Shown here one piece after another: positions 24,590 through 35,520 of a DNA stretch of 64,000 nt. The translations under genes were made by a program, and so were the position numbers. This DNA comes from Centroscyllium fabricii (lineage: Eukaryota), in the NCBI GenBank assembly GCA_051313645.2, contig JBNRSN020000016.1, positions 3,348,001 to 3,412,000 on the forward strand. The letters run 5' to 3'. The notes below the pieces were generated by a model, which did no database searches, was not told the origin of the DNA, and saw only the letters and a program-made list of their open reading frames with translations. Position 1 is the stretch's first letter; the number at the start of each line of letters is the position of its first letter.

Positions 24590-26655
24590 CCTTGACTCCC
24601 AACGCACTCCTGGCCGACCTCCCACATTCTAGCCTCCGTAAACCTGAGCTCATCCAAAACACGGCGGCCCGTGTCCTAACTTGCACCAAGTCCCGTTCAC
24701 CCATCACCCCCTGTGCTCACTGCCCCGTGTCCGAACTCGTACCCAGTCCCGTTCACCCATCACCCCCTGTGCTCACTGCTCCGTGTCCTAACTTGCACCA
24801 AGTCCCGTTCACCCATCACCCCCTGTGCTCACTCCCCCGTGTCCGAACTCGTACCCAGTCCCGTTCACCCATCACCCCCTGTGCTCACTGCCCCGTGTCC
24901 TAACTTGCACCAAGTCCCGTTCACCCATCACCCCCTGTGCTCACTCCCCCGTGTCCGAACTCGTACCCAGTCCCGTTCACCCATCACCCCCTGTGCTCAC
25001 TGCCCCGTGTCCTAACTTGCACCAAGTCCCGTTCACCCATCACCCCCTGTGCTCACTCCCCCGTGTCCGAACTCGTACCCAGTCCCGTTCACCCATCACC
25101 CCCTGTGCTCACTGCCCCGTGTCCTAACTCGCACCAAGTCCCGTTCACCCATCACCCCCTGTGCTCACTGCCCCGTGTCCTGACTCGCACCAAGTCCCGT
25201 TCACCCATCACCCCCTGTGCTCACTGCCCCGTGTCCTGACTTGCACCAAGTCCCGTTCACCCATCACCCCCTGTGCTCACTGCCCCGTGTCCTAACTCGC
25301 ACCAGAGCCCAGTTCAACCATCACCCCCTGTGCTCACTGCCCCATGTCCTAACTCTCACCAAGTCCCGTTCACCCATCACCCCCTGTGCTCACTGCCCCG
25401 TGTCCTAACTCACACCCAGTCCCGTTCACCCATCACCCGCTGTGCTCACTGCCCCGTGTCCTAACTCACACCCAGTCCCGTTCACCTCTCACCCCCTGTG
25501 CTCACTGCCCCGTGTCCTAACTCGCACCGAGTCCCGTTCACCCATCACCCCCTGTGCTCACTGCCCCATGTCCTAACTCGCACCGAGTCCCGTTCACCTA
25601 TCACCCCCTGTGCTCACTGCCCCATGTCCTAACTCGCACCGAGTCCCGTTCACCCATCACCCCCTGTGCTCACTGCCCTGTGTATAACTCACACCGAGTC
25701 CCGTTCATCCATCACCCTCTGTGCTCACTGCCCCGTGTCCTAACTCACACCGAGTCCCGTTCATCCATCACACACTGTGCTCACTGCCCCGTGTCCTAAC
25801 TCACACCCAGTCCCGTTCACCCATCACCCCCTGTGCTCGCTGCCCCGTGTCCTAACTCACACCCAGTCCCGTTCACCCATCACCCCCTGTGCTCGCTGCC
25901 CCGTGTCCTAACTCACACCCAGTCCCGTTCACCCATCACCCCCTGTGCTCACTGCCCCGTGTCCTAACTCACACCCAGTCCCGTTCACCCATCATCACCC
26001 CCTGTGCTCATTGCCCCGTGTCCTAACTCACACCCAGTCCCGTTCACCCATCACCCCCTGTGCTCGCTGCCCCGTGTCCTAACTCACACCCAGTCCCGTT
26101 TACCCATCACCCCCTGTGCTCGCTGCCCCGTGTCCTAACTCTCACCCAGTCCCGTTGACCCATCACCCCCTGTGCTCGCTGCCCCGTGTCCTAACTCACA
26201 CCAATTCCCGTTCACCCATCACCCCCTGTGCTCACTGATCTACGTTGGTTCTCGGTTAAGCAATGCCTCGATTTCAAAATTCTCATCCTTGTTTTCAAAT
26301 CCCTCCATGGCCTTGGCCCTCTCTATCTCTAAATTCTTCCAGCTCCACAACCCCCGAGATATCGGCGCTCCTCTAATTCTGCCCTCTTGAGCATCCCTGA
26401 TTATAATCACTCCACCATTGGTAGATCTTCTGTTGCCTGGGCCCTAAGCTCTGGAATTCCCTGCCTAAACCTCTCCACCTCTCTCTTCCTCTTAGACACT
26501 TCTTAAAATCTCCCTCTTTGACCAAGCTTTTGGTCACGCCCTAATTTCTCCTTATGTGGCTCGGTGTCAAATTTTTTGTCTTATTATACACCTGTGAAGC
26601 ACCTTGGGATGTTTTACTACCTTAAAGGTGCTATATAAATACAAGTTGCTGTTGT
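24590..26655 (+). mobile_element. L2 LINE 3' fragment containing an expanded minisatellite
   Basis: NALLADLP..LIQNTAARVLT before the array; L2 sequence and an L2 tail (aaggtgctatataaatacaag) after it. Confidence 0.8.
24669..26237 (+). repeat. 56-bp minisatellite, ~28 copies
   Basis: Unit ccgtgtcctaactcgcaccaagtcccgttcacccatcaccccctgtgctcactgcc. Confidence 0.95.
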
Positions 26656-29031
26656 AGATGTTGTTGCTGTTGTTTGGTTCTGTGGTTTAACATCAAGTTA
26701 ATGGGTGCTCTTCCAGATGAACAAATGACTTGAGCGGGATTGACTGGGTCGATGCTGAGAGGTTGTTTCCCCTGGCTAGAGAGTCTAGAACCAGGGGGCA
26801 TAGTCTCTGGGGGGGGAAAAAGGGGTCGGCCATTCAGGACTGAGATGAGGAGGAATTTCTTCACCCAGAGGGTGGTGAATCTTTGGAATTCTCTGCCCCA
26901 GAGGGCTGTGGATGCTGAGTCTTTGAGAATATTCAAGGCTGAGATCGATAGATTTTTGGACTCGTCGAGGGATATGGGGATCGGGCGGGCAAGTGGAGTT
27001 GAAGTCGAAGATCAGCCATGATCTGATTGAATGGCAGAGCATGCTTGAAGGGCCGTACGGCCTACTCCTCCTTCTTATGTTCCTATGTCTTATGCTGAGT
27101 TTGGGGTGAATGTGTCCTCTAACGTTGGCAGCAGGCCCTTGGTAAGAGAAAAGCACGGCACCTATTCACCGTCCCATTTGAAACTGCTTCATAAAACTGC
27201 CCCGATATAGTTACTAGGCTGAGCGATCTCCCTCAAAATTCCACAACCGTGTAAACAAGTGAACCCATTGTTCTCGTGTCCTGTGGACCTGCTAATAACA
27301 GACCTCACTCGGTACAAGTGTGTAAAACTGCTTTGCAATTTGAAAAATCGCCTCTTAAACCCGGAGTGTATTGGCGAGCACATTAGAAATGACTCTTCAC
27401 TCCAGTCAGGCAGCTTCTGTGCAGATAGTCCTGGTTTGTCCGATTTGCAACCTGTGGATGATCTGGGCCTCGAGGTTGCAGTTTAATCTCAGTAATAATT
27501 TCAGTTTTGTGTTTCTGTGACTGATTTCAGACTACCTGAAGTGTTGGGGTGTGGTGGCGGAGGCAGGGAGAGGAGAGAAGGAAAGATGAGGGCCCAGAAC
27601 GGAGGCTTCCCGCGGGAGCAAGCCTCCAACCTGCACTGACCTTGCGCGCCGGCCATTGAGCTGTGGGCCCGCGTGGGATTCCGATCCGGGGCCTGCTTTA
27701 ACTGCCGCGCTCCCGGATCCCAGCCGCAAAGAGAGTGCGATGGATCACGTGGGCCACGGAGGGCCAATCGGAGCAGAGAATGCTCCATTCATAAGTTTGA
27801 CAGGAAGAGCTGTCCGAAGTATGAAAACTACAAGCCCCAAAACATCACTGAAACTTCAAATAAAAAGCACTTTTAAAAAATAACTATAAATTACATTAAA
27901 TAACACTTTTAAAGTTAAAATTTTTGAAAAAATAATTTTTTTCCAACTGGGTTAAAAATAAACTTGCCTTTTAAAGTATTAAAAAATAATAAACCTGTGG
28001 AAAAATGTTTTAATTTGAATGAATTCACCACTTACCTTGTTAAAAGCAGGCCTTACGCCTGCTTTTTACATTTCTAAAATATTCAGACTTACCCAGAATG
28101 TGGAACCTGTATATAAAAAAAAAAAAAAGCTGAAGTGCATTGCGCCCGCGCTGCCGGTCCCGCACACGTGCTCCAACCTCTGAACCCTTCTGTCAGGGGA
28201 TCGGAAGTGCTGGTTTTGCATGCATGTGCTGTGCATGCATGAAACCGGCACTTTGGATGGGCCGACGGGTGAGTACCCCGTCCGTGCTCACCCATGGGGA
28301 CCCGAATTTCTGGCCCAAGATGTCCTCTTGATTAGCATATCCATCTGCAGGTACACATTGATTTGGTTTGGGAGGGCACTGTTCATTTATCCAATGGTCC
28401 GGGTGAGCCAGGTCTCCTGTAGATGGAATGCACTGTAGCTCATAGGAGCAGGAGTCGGCCGTACGGCCCCTCGAGCCCGCTCCGCCATTCAATAAGATCA
28501 CGGCTGATCATCGACCTCAACTCCACTTTCCCGCCCGATCTCCATATCCCTAGAGTCCAAAAATCTATCTATCTAAGCCTTGAATCTACTCTCAGACTCG
28601 GCTTCCACAGCCCTCCGGGGCAGATAATTCCAATGATTCACAACCCTCAGGTGAAGAAATTCCTCCTCATCTTGGTCTTAATTGGCCGACCCCTTATCCT
28701 GAGACTACGCCCCCTAGTTCTAGACTCTCCAGCCAGGGGAAACAACCTCCAGCCAGGGGAAGCAACCTATCGGCATCGACCCTGTCAATCCCCCTTCAGA
28801 ATCTTGTATGTTTCAATGAGATCACCTCTCATTCTTCTAAACTCCAGAGAGTACAGGCCCATTCTACACAATCTGGGATGTCACAAGTCTCTTCAGAAGA
28901 GGTCACCTCTTCGGTCCAATCTTTGTTGCTGTAACTGTAGGTGCTGCAGGTTGTGATGCTGACCACCTTGCTGCTGTTCCCTGTTTGAACTGGCTCCTTG
29001 ATGCACTGACGTTCTCTCTGCTTGTTGTCAG

Positions 29032-29202
29032 GGGGCCAGGCTGTCCGGCGAGGGCGTGGTGGGAGCAGATCAAGGGGTAGATTCACCGTCCGAAGAGACG
29101 GCCCCATGAAGTTCGAAAAAGACTTCGACTTCGAGAGCGCCAACGCGCAGTTTAACAAGGAGGAGATCGACAGAGAGTTCCAGAATAAGCTGAAATTGAA
29201 AG
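29032..29202 (+). CDS. LSM14A: LSM14A exon 7 (RGG + FDF motif)
   Basis: Acceptor gtcAG and donor GTaacc; 171 bp. Encodes RRGRGG...[37 protein letters not shown]. Confidence 0.96.
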
Positions 29203-30857
29203 GTAACCGCGTTTTCTTTTCCTGGCGCTCACTCTTGGCTGAGGTTACCGTTTCCGTGCAGCATCTTTGACACCTGAGGGCAGGCCAGCATCTGCCTTTA
29301 CTGCATGCACGTGTACCTGGGATTAGTGTCTCTGATGTCGCCCTTTCTTACTGCTCTGGCTCTCCCATATAGGCCCGGTGGGAAATCCAGAGCATGTGGC
29401 CAGCACATTCTACCATTGTCGTTTCGCGACTGCAGCACGTGCTTTCTCCTCTGGACCTGCTGTTAATTTTTCATTGGACTTTGTCCCGTTCTCGTGCAAT
29501 CTTTGTCCTCTCTGGGTCCGACCATGGTCTCTGGTCATAACATTTTTCCATAGTTGACTTAAATTCTGAGACGAACTTTCAAATTGGAGCCTGGCCTTGA
29601 TTTTGAGTGTTTAAAGAAAGACTCGCATTTCTATAGCGCCTTTCACGACCTCAGGACGTCCCAAAGCGCTTTACAGCCAATGAAGTACTTTTTGAAGTGT
29701 TGTCACTTATAATATAGGAAACATGGCAGCCAATTTGTACACAGCAAGCTCCCACAAACAGCAATGAGATAATGACCAGATAATTTGTCGTTGAATATAT
29801 TCAAGACAGAGATCGATAGATGTTTGGATATTACGGGAATCAAGGGATATGAGGACAGTGCAGGAAAGTGGAGATGAGGCAGAAGATCAGCCAATGATCT
29901 TATTGAATGGCGGAGCAGGCTCGAGGGGCCGAATGGCCGACTCCTCCTCATTTCTTATGTTCTTCTTATAATTGGCAGAAAACCAAAGGGAAGATGGAGA
30001 GAAAAATTACACCAAATTATGATCTGGAATGCGCTACCTAAAAGGGTAGTGGAAGCAGAGTCAATAGTTAGTTTCAATTGGAAATTGACTATATACTTGA
30101 AAAGGAAACATTTATAGGGCTGTGGGGAAAGATCAGGCCAGTGAGACTAAGTAGATAGCTCTTTCAAAGAGCCGGCACCGGTACGATGGGCTGAATGGTG
30201 TCCTTCTGTTCTGTATGATTCTGTGTGCTAACCCATGGAGCAAAACAACATGAAGCCCTTGATGTAGAGGCCTGTACAAGAGCTGACTAAACTCTTCTCA
30301 CTGAGGTCGGTACGGGAGCGGAGTTTGCAGTGTCTGCTTGGCTTAGTTGGTAACGCTCCTGATTCTGAGTCAAAAGGCTGTGGGTTGAAGACGAATGCCA
30401 GGACCTAAGCATGTAATGTGCGCTGACACTCCGGTGCAATACTGAAGGAGAGTTCCATTGCTGTCCTTCAGATGTGATGCTAAAATGAGGCTGCCATTGC
30501 TTGTTTCAGGTAGACATTAAAGATGCCTTAACACTATTCTATTCCTCCTTCAACCCACACCATGTAAAACACATTTACTGGTTGTTTGCCTTTGCCTTAG
30601 TGCAGTGACTTGCGTAGGCAAACAGATTCTGCACACAGCAAGAACACACACCGTAATTCATCAGATGTAAAGTGGTTCGAGATGTTTGTGAGACATTTCT
30701 TGGCTCAAATCTACAACCTGTTCATTAAATAGCACGCAATATTCTTGAACAGCCGGGCAGAGATTTGGAAAAGGAACAAACAAAAACTGCAAATAGAGGA
30801 AACTGAAATTAAAACAAAAAACAAAATGTTGGAAATAAGGCAAGTCCGCATGTGACT

Positions 30858-30995
30858 ACCCAAACCCTTTAATATCCCAACCAGACTAATTCCACTCTCA
30901 CACTTGCTCCCCAAACCCTTTAATATCCCAACCAGACTAATTCCACTCTCACACTTGCTCCCCAAACCCTTTAATATCCCAACCAGACTAATTCC
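30858..30995. repeat. 51-bp tandem repeat, ~2.7 copies
   Basis: cccaaaccctttaatatcccaaccagactaattccactctcacacttgctc repeated. Confidence 0.9.
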
Positions 30996-31531
30996 ATGAA
31001 TAACAACAGAAAATGCTGGAAAACTCAGCAGGCCAGGCAACATCCATTGAGAGAAACATAGAGTCGACGTTTCGTGTTGGGCCCCTATGTCATGCCGCAT
31101 TCTAACCACTTGCCCCATTGTCTTATTGATCTGTTTTCTGTAGCTTTGTATTTAGTCCAACAAACCTGCTTCAACAAGTGATGGCACTATTTCGAAGAAG
31201 AGCAGGGGAGTTCTCCCCGGTGTCCTGGGGCCAATATTTATCCCTCAACCAACATCACTAAAACAGATTATCTGGTCAATATCGCTTGCTGTGCGCAAAT
31301 TGACTGCTGCGTTTCCAACATTACAACAGTAACTACACTTCAAAAAGTACTTCATTGGCTGTAAAGCGTGTTGGGGTGTCCTGAGGTTGTGAAAGGCGCT
31401 GTATAAATGCTTGTTTATTCGTCATTTGATGTGCAAATCCATTCTCTTTTTATCAGATTTAAAGATTAACATTGGGATCGCGCTCTTAATTTATCAGTAA
31501 ACTTCAGGGTTCTTTTATTTTCTTCTGACAG

Positions 31532-31709
31532 ACGACAAGCAGCCTGATAAACCGGAGAAGGCCGTCAATGGTGAAGATAAAGGTGACTCAGGCATTGAAA
31601 CGCAAAACAGTGAAGGAAATGCCGACGAGGAGGACACCTCGGGACCCAAATGCTATTACGACAAAACCAAATCCTTTTTTGACAACATCTCTTGTGATAA
31701 TGAGAACAG
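31532..31709 (+). CDS. LSM14A: LSM14A exon 8 (FFD box)
   Basis: Acceptor gacAG and donor GTattt; 178 bp, phase 1->2. Encodes [45 protein letters not shown]. Confidence 0.95.
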
Positions 31710-32244
31710 GTATTTATTACCGGCCAAAAAAGCCAGCTTGGCTTTGCACAAGTGGCGATGCAGCGTTTAGTCTTTTTTTTAAGAAGGTGCAATTTCCTCT
31801 CCCATAAAGGTGTAAATTGCAAGCGCAGTGCGAGCAATGTTTTGCAACATTGACACTCGTTGAAGACTCCTCAGAGATCCGCAGTCCGCTCCTGCTCCCC
31901 AAAGTGTGCAGTGGTGCGGTTAATAATGCCCTTCTGCTAGAATTATCCATCTGCTGGACTGTGGAACAGCACAGATGGTGCCCTGGATTAATTCGCAGAC
32001 CAGGCTGCGTGGCTCTGTTGCTTGAAGGCGGGAAGCCTTTAAAGGAGGATTAGTCTGCAAAGGCGGATCATCACCAACCTCTCGCAGGCAGCGAGGGATG
32101 GGCAATAAAGGTCGGCCTTGCCCATGACGCCCACATCAGGAGAATGAATTTTTATTTTACGTAACTTTCATTTGAACAAAAGACAACAATCATTCTCTGC
32201 TGAAATGCAACATGGGTATGAGTGTCTTTGAATGGAAACAAATA

Positions 32245-32543
32245 GTGGTTAGCACTGTTGCCTCACAGCGCCAGAGGCTCGGGTTCAAATCCGGCCTCGG
32301 GTGACTATCTGTGTGGAGTTTGCACATTCTCCCCGTGTCTGCGTGGGTTTCCTCCGGGTGCTCCGGTTTCCTCCCACAGTCCAAAGATGTGCGGGTTAGG
32401 TTGATTGGCCAGGATAAATTGACCCTTAGAGTTAGGGGGATTGAATATGTGGGGTCACGGGGATAGGGTGGGATATGTGTCGGTGCAGGCTCGATGGGCC
32501 GAAATGGCCTCTATCTGTACTGCAGGGATTGTATGATTCTATG
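32245..32543 (+). mobile_element. V-domain SINE with an alternative short tail
   Basis: Same head and core as the other copies, but the tail is gatgggccgaaatggcctc...gattgtatgattctatg. Confidence 0.85.
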
Positions 32544-33028
32544 AAAATGCTGGTGTTGATCCTGGCTGTGTTTACAGGGACACTGATGGGATTGACTCAG
32601 TTGCCCCATCCCCCTTGACTTGAGTTGCATGGCCCATACTGAACCGCATCTTGCTGCTGAGCCTCATGCGGCAAATATTCTGGGTTCTGTGACTTAACAT
32701 CAGAGCTAGCCATTTAGGAGTGAAATCGTGAAGCAGTTTTTCCACAGAGGGCAGTGGAAATCTACAAATCCCTTTTCCAAAAGGCTGTGGATGCTCGGGT
32801 GCTGAATTGGAACTTTCAAGACGGAGCGAGATGTTTGTTGGGCAAGGGTACCAAGTGATACGGCTCAAAGGCGGGTAGATGGAGTTAAGGGACAGAGCAG
32901 CCATGATCTAATTGAATTGCGGAGCAGAGTTTAGGGGCTGAATGGCCTCTTCCTGTTTCTAATTTTGTGTGGCTGACCTGCATTTGCTGAGCATGCACTA
33001 ACTCTCTCTCCAGCTACTATTCTTCCAG

Positions 33029-33260
33029 GGATCGGAGACCCACCTGGGCTGAGGAGAGGCGGATAAATGCGGAAACGTTCGGAATCCCACTACGTCCGAT
33101 GCGCGGCCGCGGGGGCTACAGAGGGCGAGGAGGCTACGGATACCGGGGTGGGCGGGGTCGTGGAGGGAGAGGGAACTACGGCCCTCCCCGTGGTGGTTAT
33201 CGTGGAGGATTCAGAGGAAGCCGTGGAGGAGGCAGAGAGTTTTCAGACTTCGAATACAGG
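33029..33260 (+). CDS. LSM14A: LSM14A exon 9 (TFG box + RGG region)
   Basis: Acceptor tccAG and donor GTaact; 232 bp, phase 2->0. Encodes [35 protein letters not shown]...REFSDFEYR. Confidence 0.95.
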
Positions 33261-34054
33261 GTAACTATCTCCATTACACAACTTTCTTGGTGTTTTTTAA
33301 ACTTGTATAACATTGCCTGAATTTGTAAAACGAGAACTGTAAAAGTGGGAGATGGTTTGAAAGTTGTCACACATTACTGAATTCCTAATTATAATACCAA
33401 GGGCCAAAATTAGACGGCAAAAACGAAGGGCCATAAATATGAGAGAGTCATTAATAAATCCAATTGGGAATTCTGTGCTGTAAATTTGATGTAATAAGAA
33501 AGGTTGTGCATGAATTGTCCAAAAACTCTCCGCCGCTTTTGATCAAATCTGACTACTCTTGTTTTTAAAGTTGGTATTTTTGGAATCTGGTCCAGCCAAG
33601 ATTGCGAGTTTACACTGACTGCCTATTGGGGAGTGGAAGAACAAGCAACAGTCGTCCGCCAGTAACTCGCCCAAGCCGCAGTTCAATTCTGAGTCTCGGC
33701 GGTGAGCGTTGGCAGGCTATTTGACCATGGTGACAGCGCCACGCCCAACCCTGCCGCTCACATGCACTTCCAGCCGGAGTTATTGGATAGTGATCAGAAT
33801 GGGAATCTTGGATAGCTTTTTTTTTTTTACTTCCTCTCATCACCCCACTTTTTCCCCCCCAAGATAAGGATGTCAAGGTCAATTAAATGTCTCTCCACTG
33901 ACCTGGGGTTGAACTTTGGACCTTCCATGCCTCAAAGACACAAAACAAGGGATTGGGGCTTGCCATGAACAGCTGAGCCATCAGGGCAGCCCCAGCATTG
34001 CCTTGTGCTGAGTCAGAGTCCTGTTGTCATGGCCTAAATGCTACTACCTGAGAC

Positions 34055-34442
34055 ACATAGAAACATAGAAGATAGGAGCAGGAGTAGGCCATTCGGCCCT
34101 TCGAGCCTGCTCCGCCATTCAATGAGATCATGGCTGATCATCCAAACCCAGCACCCCGCCCCTGCCCTCTCCCCATATCCTTTGATCCCTATCGAGCCTG
34201 CTACCCACTCATCCCCGTAACCCCACATATTCAATCCCCCTAACACTAAGGGTCAATTTATCCTGGCCAATCAACCTAACCCGCACATCTTTGGACTGTG
34301 GGAGGAAACCGGAGCACCCGGAGGAAACCCACGCAGACACGGGGAGAATGTGCAAACTCCACACAGATAGTACCCGAGGCTGGATTTGAACCCGGGTCTC
34401 CAGTGCTGTGAGGCAACAGTGCTAACCACTATGCCACCGTGC
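34055..34442 (-). mobile_element. V-domain (HE1-like) SINE
   Basis: Same family as 22137-22539, reverse orientation. Confidence 0.87.
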
Positions 34443-34652
34443 TATGACACAGCAGCACATTTAGTCCCAGAGATGTGTTTCTGTTCAAACCTCCACTTTG
34501 GACCTCATTGTTTTTTTTTAATCTTTTGGATAAAATTTAGCCTGTTTCGCTTTAATTTCCAAAAGCTTCAGTCATATTTTAGTTTCAGTCTTTTCATTAA
34601 ATTTGAATTCTAACTTTTTGTTCTTATGTGCTGGTCTTTATTTTTATATGTT

Positions 34653-35075
34653 GGCCGTGGCTCAGTGGGTCCCACTCTCACCGGAGTCTGAAGGTCGTGG
34701 GTTCAAGTCCCACTCCAGGGACTTGAGCACATAATCCAGGCTGAGCCTCCCAGTGCGGTACTGAGGGAGTGCTGCACTGCCGGCAGTGCCGTCTTTCGGA
34801 TGAGACATTAAACTGAGGCCCCGTCTGCTCTCTGTGTGTAAGAGATCCCAGTGCACTATTTAAAGAAGAGCAGGGGAGTTCTCCCTGGTGTCCTGACCAA
34901 TATTTATCCCTCAATCAACATCACTTCAAAAAAAAAAAGTTTATCTGGTCATCACATCGCTGTTTGTGGGAGCTTGCTGTGCACAAATTGGCTGCCGCTT
35001 TTCCTACATTACAACAGTGACCACACTTCAAAAAGTACTTCATTGGCTGGGAAGCGCTTTGGAACGTCCTGCGCT
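34653..35075 (+). mobile_element. Deu-domain SINE (SacSINE1-like), near full length
   Basis: tRNA head (gtggctcagtgg..ggttcaagtccc), Deu-like core (ggatgagacattaaactgaggcccc..gagatcccagtgcact..ggggagttctccctggtgtcctg) and L2-like tail. Fragments also occur at ~1-135, 11885-12200, 16763-16860(-), 19380-19470(-), 29618-29785(-), 30335-30540, 31183-31412 and 42455-42602. Confidence 0.75.
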
Positions 35076-35243
35076 CAATAACAGCACTATTGAAATGCAA
35101 GATTTCTTTTCAGAAACTGTTCAAAAGTTGTATCAAAATAATGTCTGCATTGTTCTTTTAATTTGCCCGATGGCATATCATCATTTTAGTCGATGATAAA
35201 AACCTAAAATGTTGGAAATAGCAAGTCAGTCAGCATTTGTGAA

Positions 35244-35417
35244 CAATTGTAAGAAGTCACACAACACCAGGTTATAGTCCAACAGTTTTATTTGAAATCA
35301 CAAGCAACAGCTCCGAAAGCTTGTGATTTCAAATAGAACTGTTGGACTATAACCTGGTGTTGTGTGACTTCTTACAATTGTCCCCCCCCCAGTCCAACAC
35401 CGACACCTCCACATCAT
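35244..35417. mobile_element. Penelope-like insertion with inverted 5' segment and 12-bp TSD
   Basis: 62-nt inverted arms at 35244-35305 and 35319-35380. AGCATTTGTGAA occurs at 35232-35243 and 35418-35429. Confidence 0.82.
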
Positions 35418-35496
35418 AGCATTTGTGAAGAGGGAAGTCGGGTTTTAGCCCCAACACAAAGCGTTTATTGAAGTGCTTCAATTTTTCTTTTCGCAG

Positions 35497-35520
35497 AAGG
35501 ACAATAAAGTTGCTGCATAG
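35497..35520 (+). CDS. LSM14A: LSM14A terminal coding exon
   Basis: Acceptor ttttcgcAG, then AAG GAC AAT AAA GTT GCT GCA TAG = KDNKVAA*, a known LSM14A C-terminus. Confidence 0.9.
   Translation, partial: KDNKVAA

Noticed and set aside
24669-26237. Possible CRISPR-like array or repetitive protein ORFs
   Set aside because: The units are contiguous with no unique spacers, derive from L2 and sit in eukaryotic context; the ORFs are artefacts of the repeat.
27585-28316. GC-rich segment resembling a non-autonomous DNA transposon
   Set aside because: Only one plausible terminus (cccgaatttctggccc); I could not identify a matching TIR or TSD.
7053-35520. LSM14B assignment
   Set aside because: [29 protein letters not shown] and the KDNKVAA end match LSM14A as I recall it.
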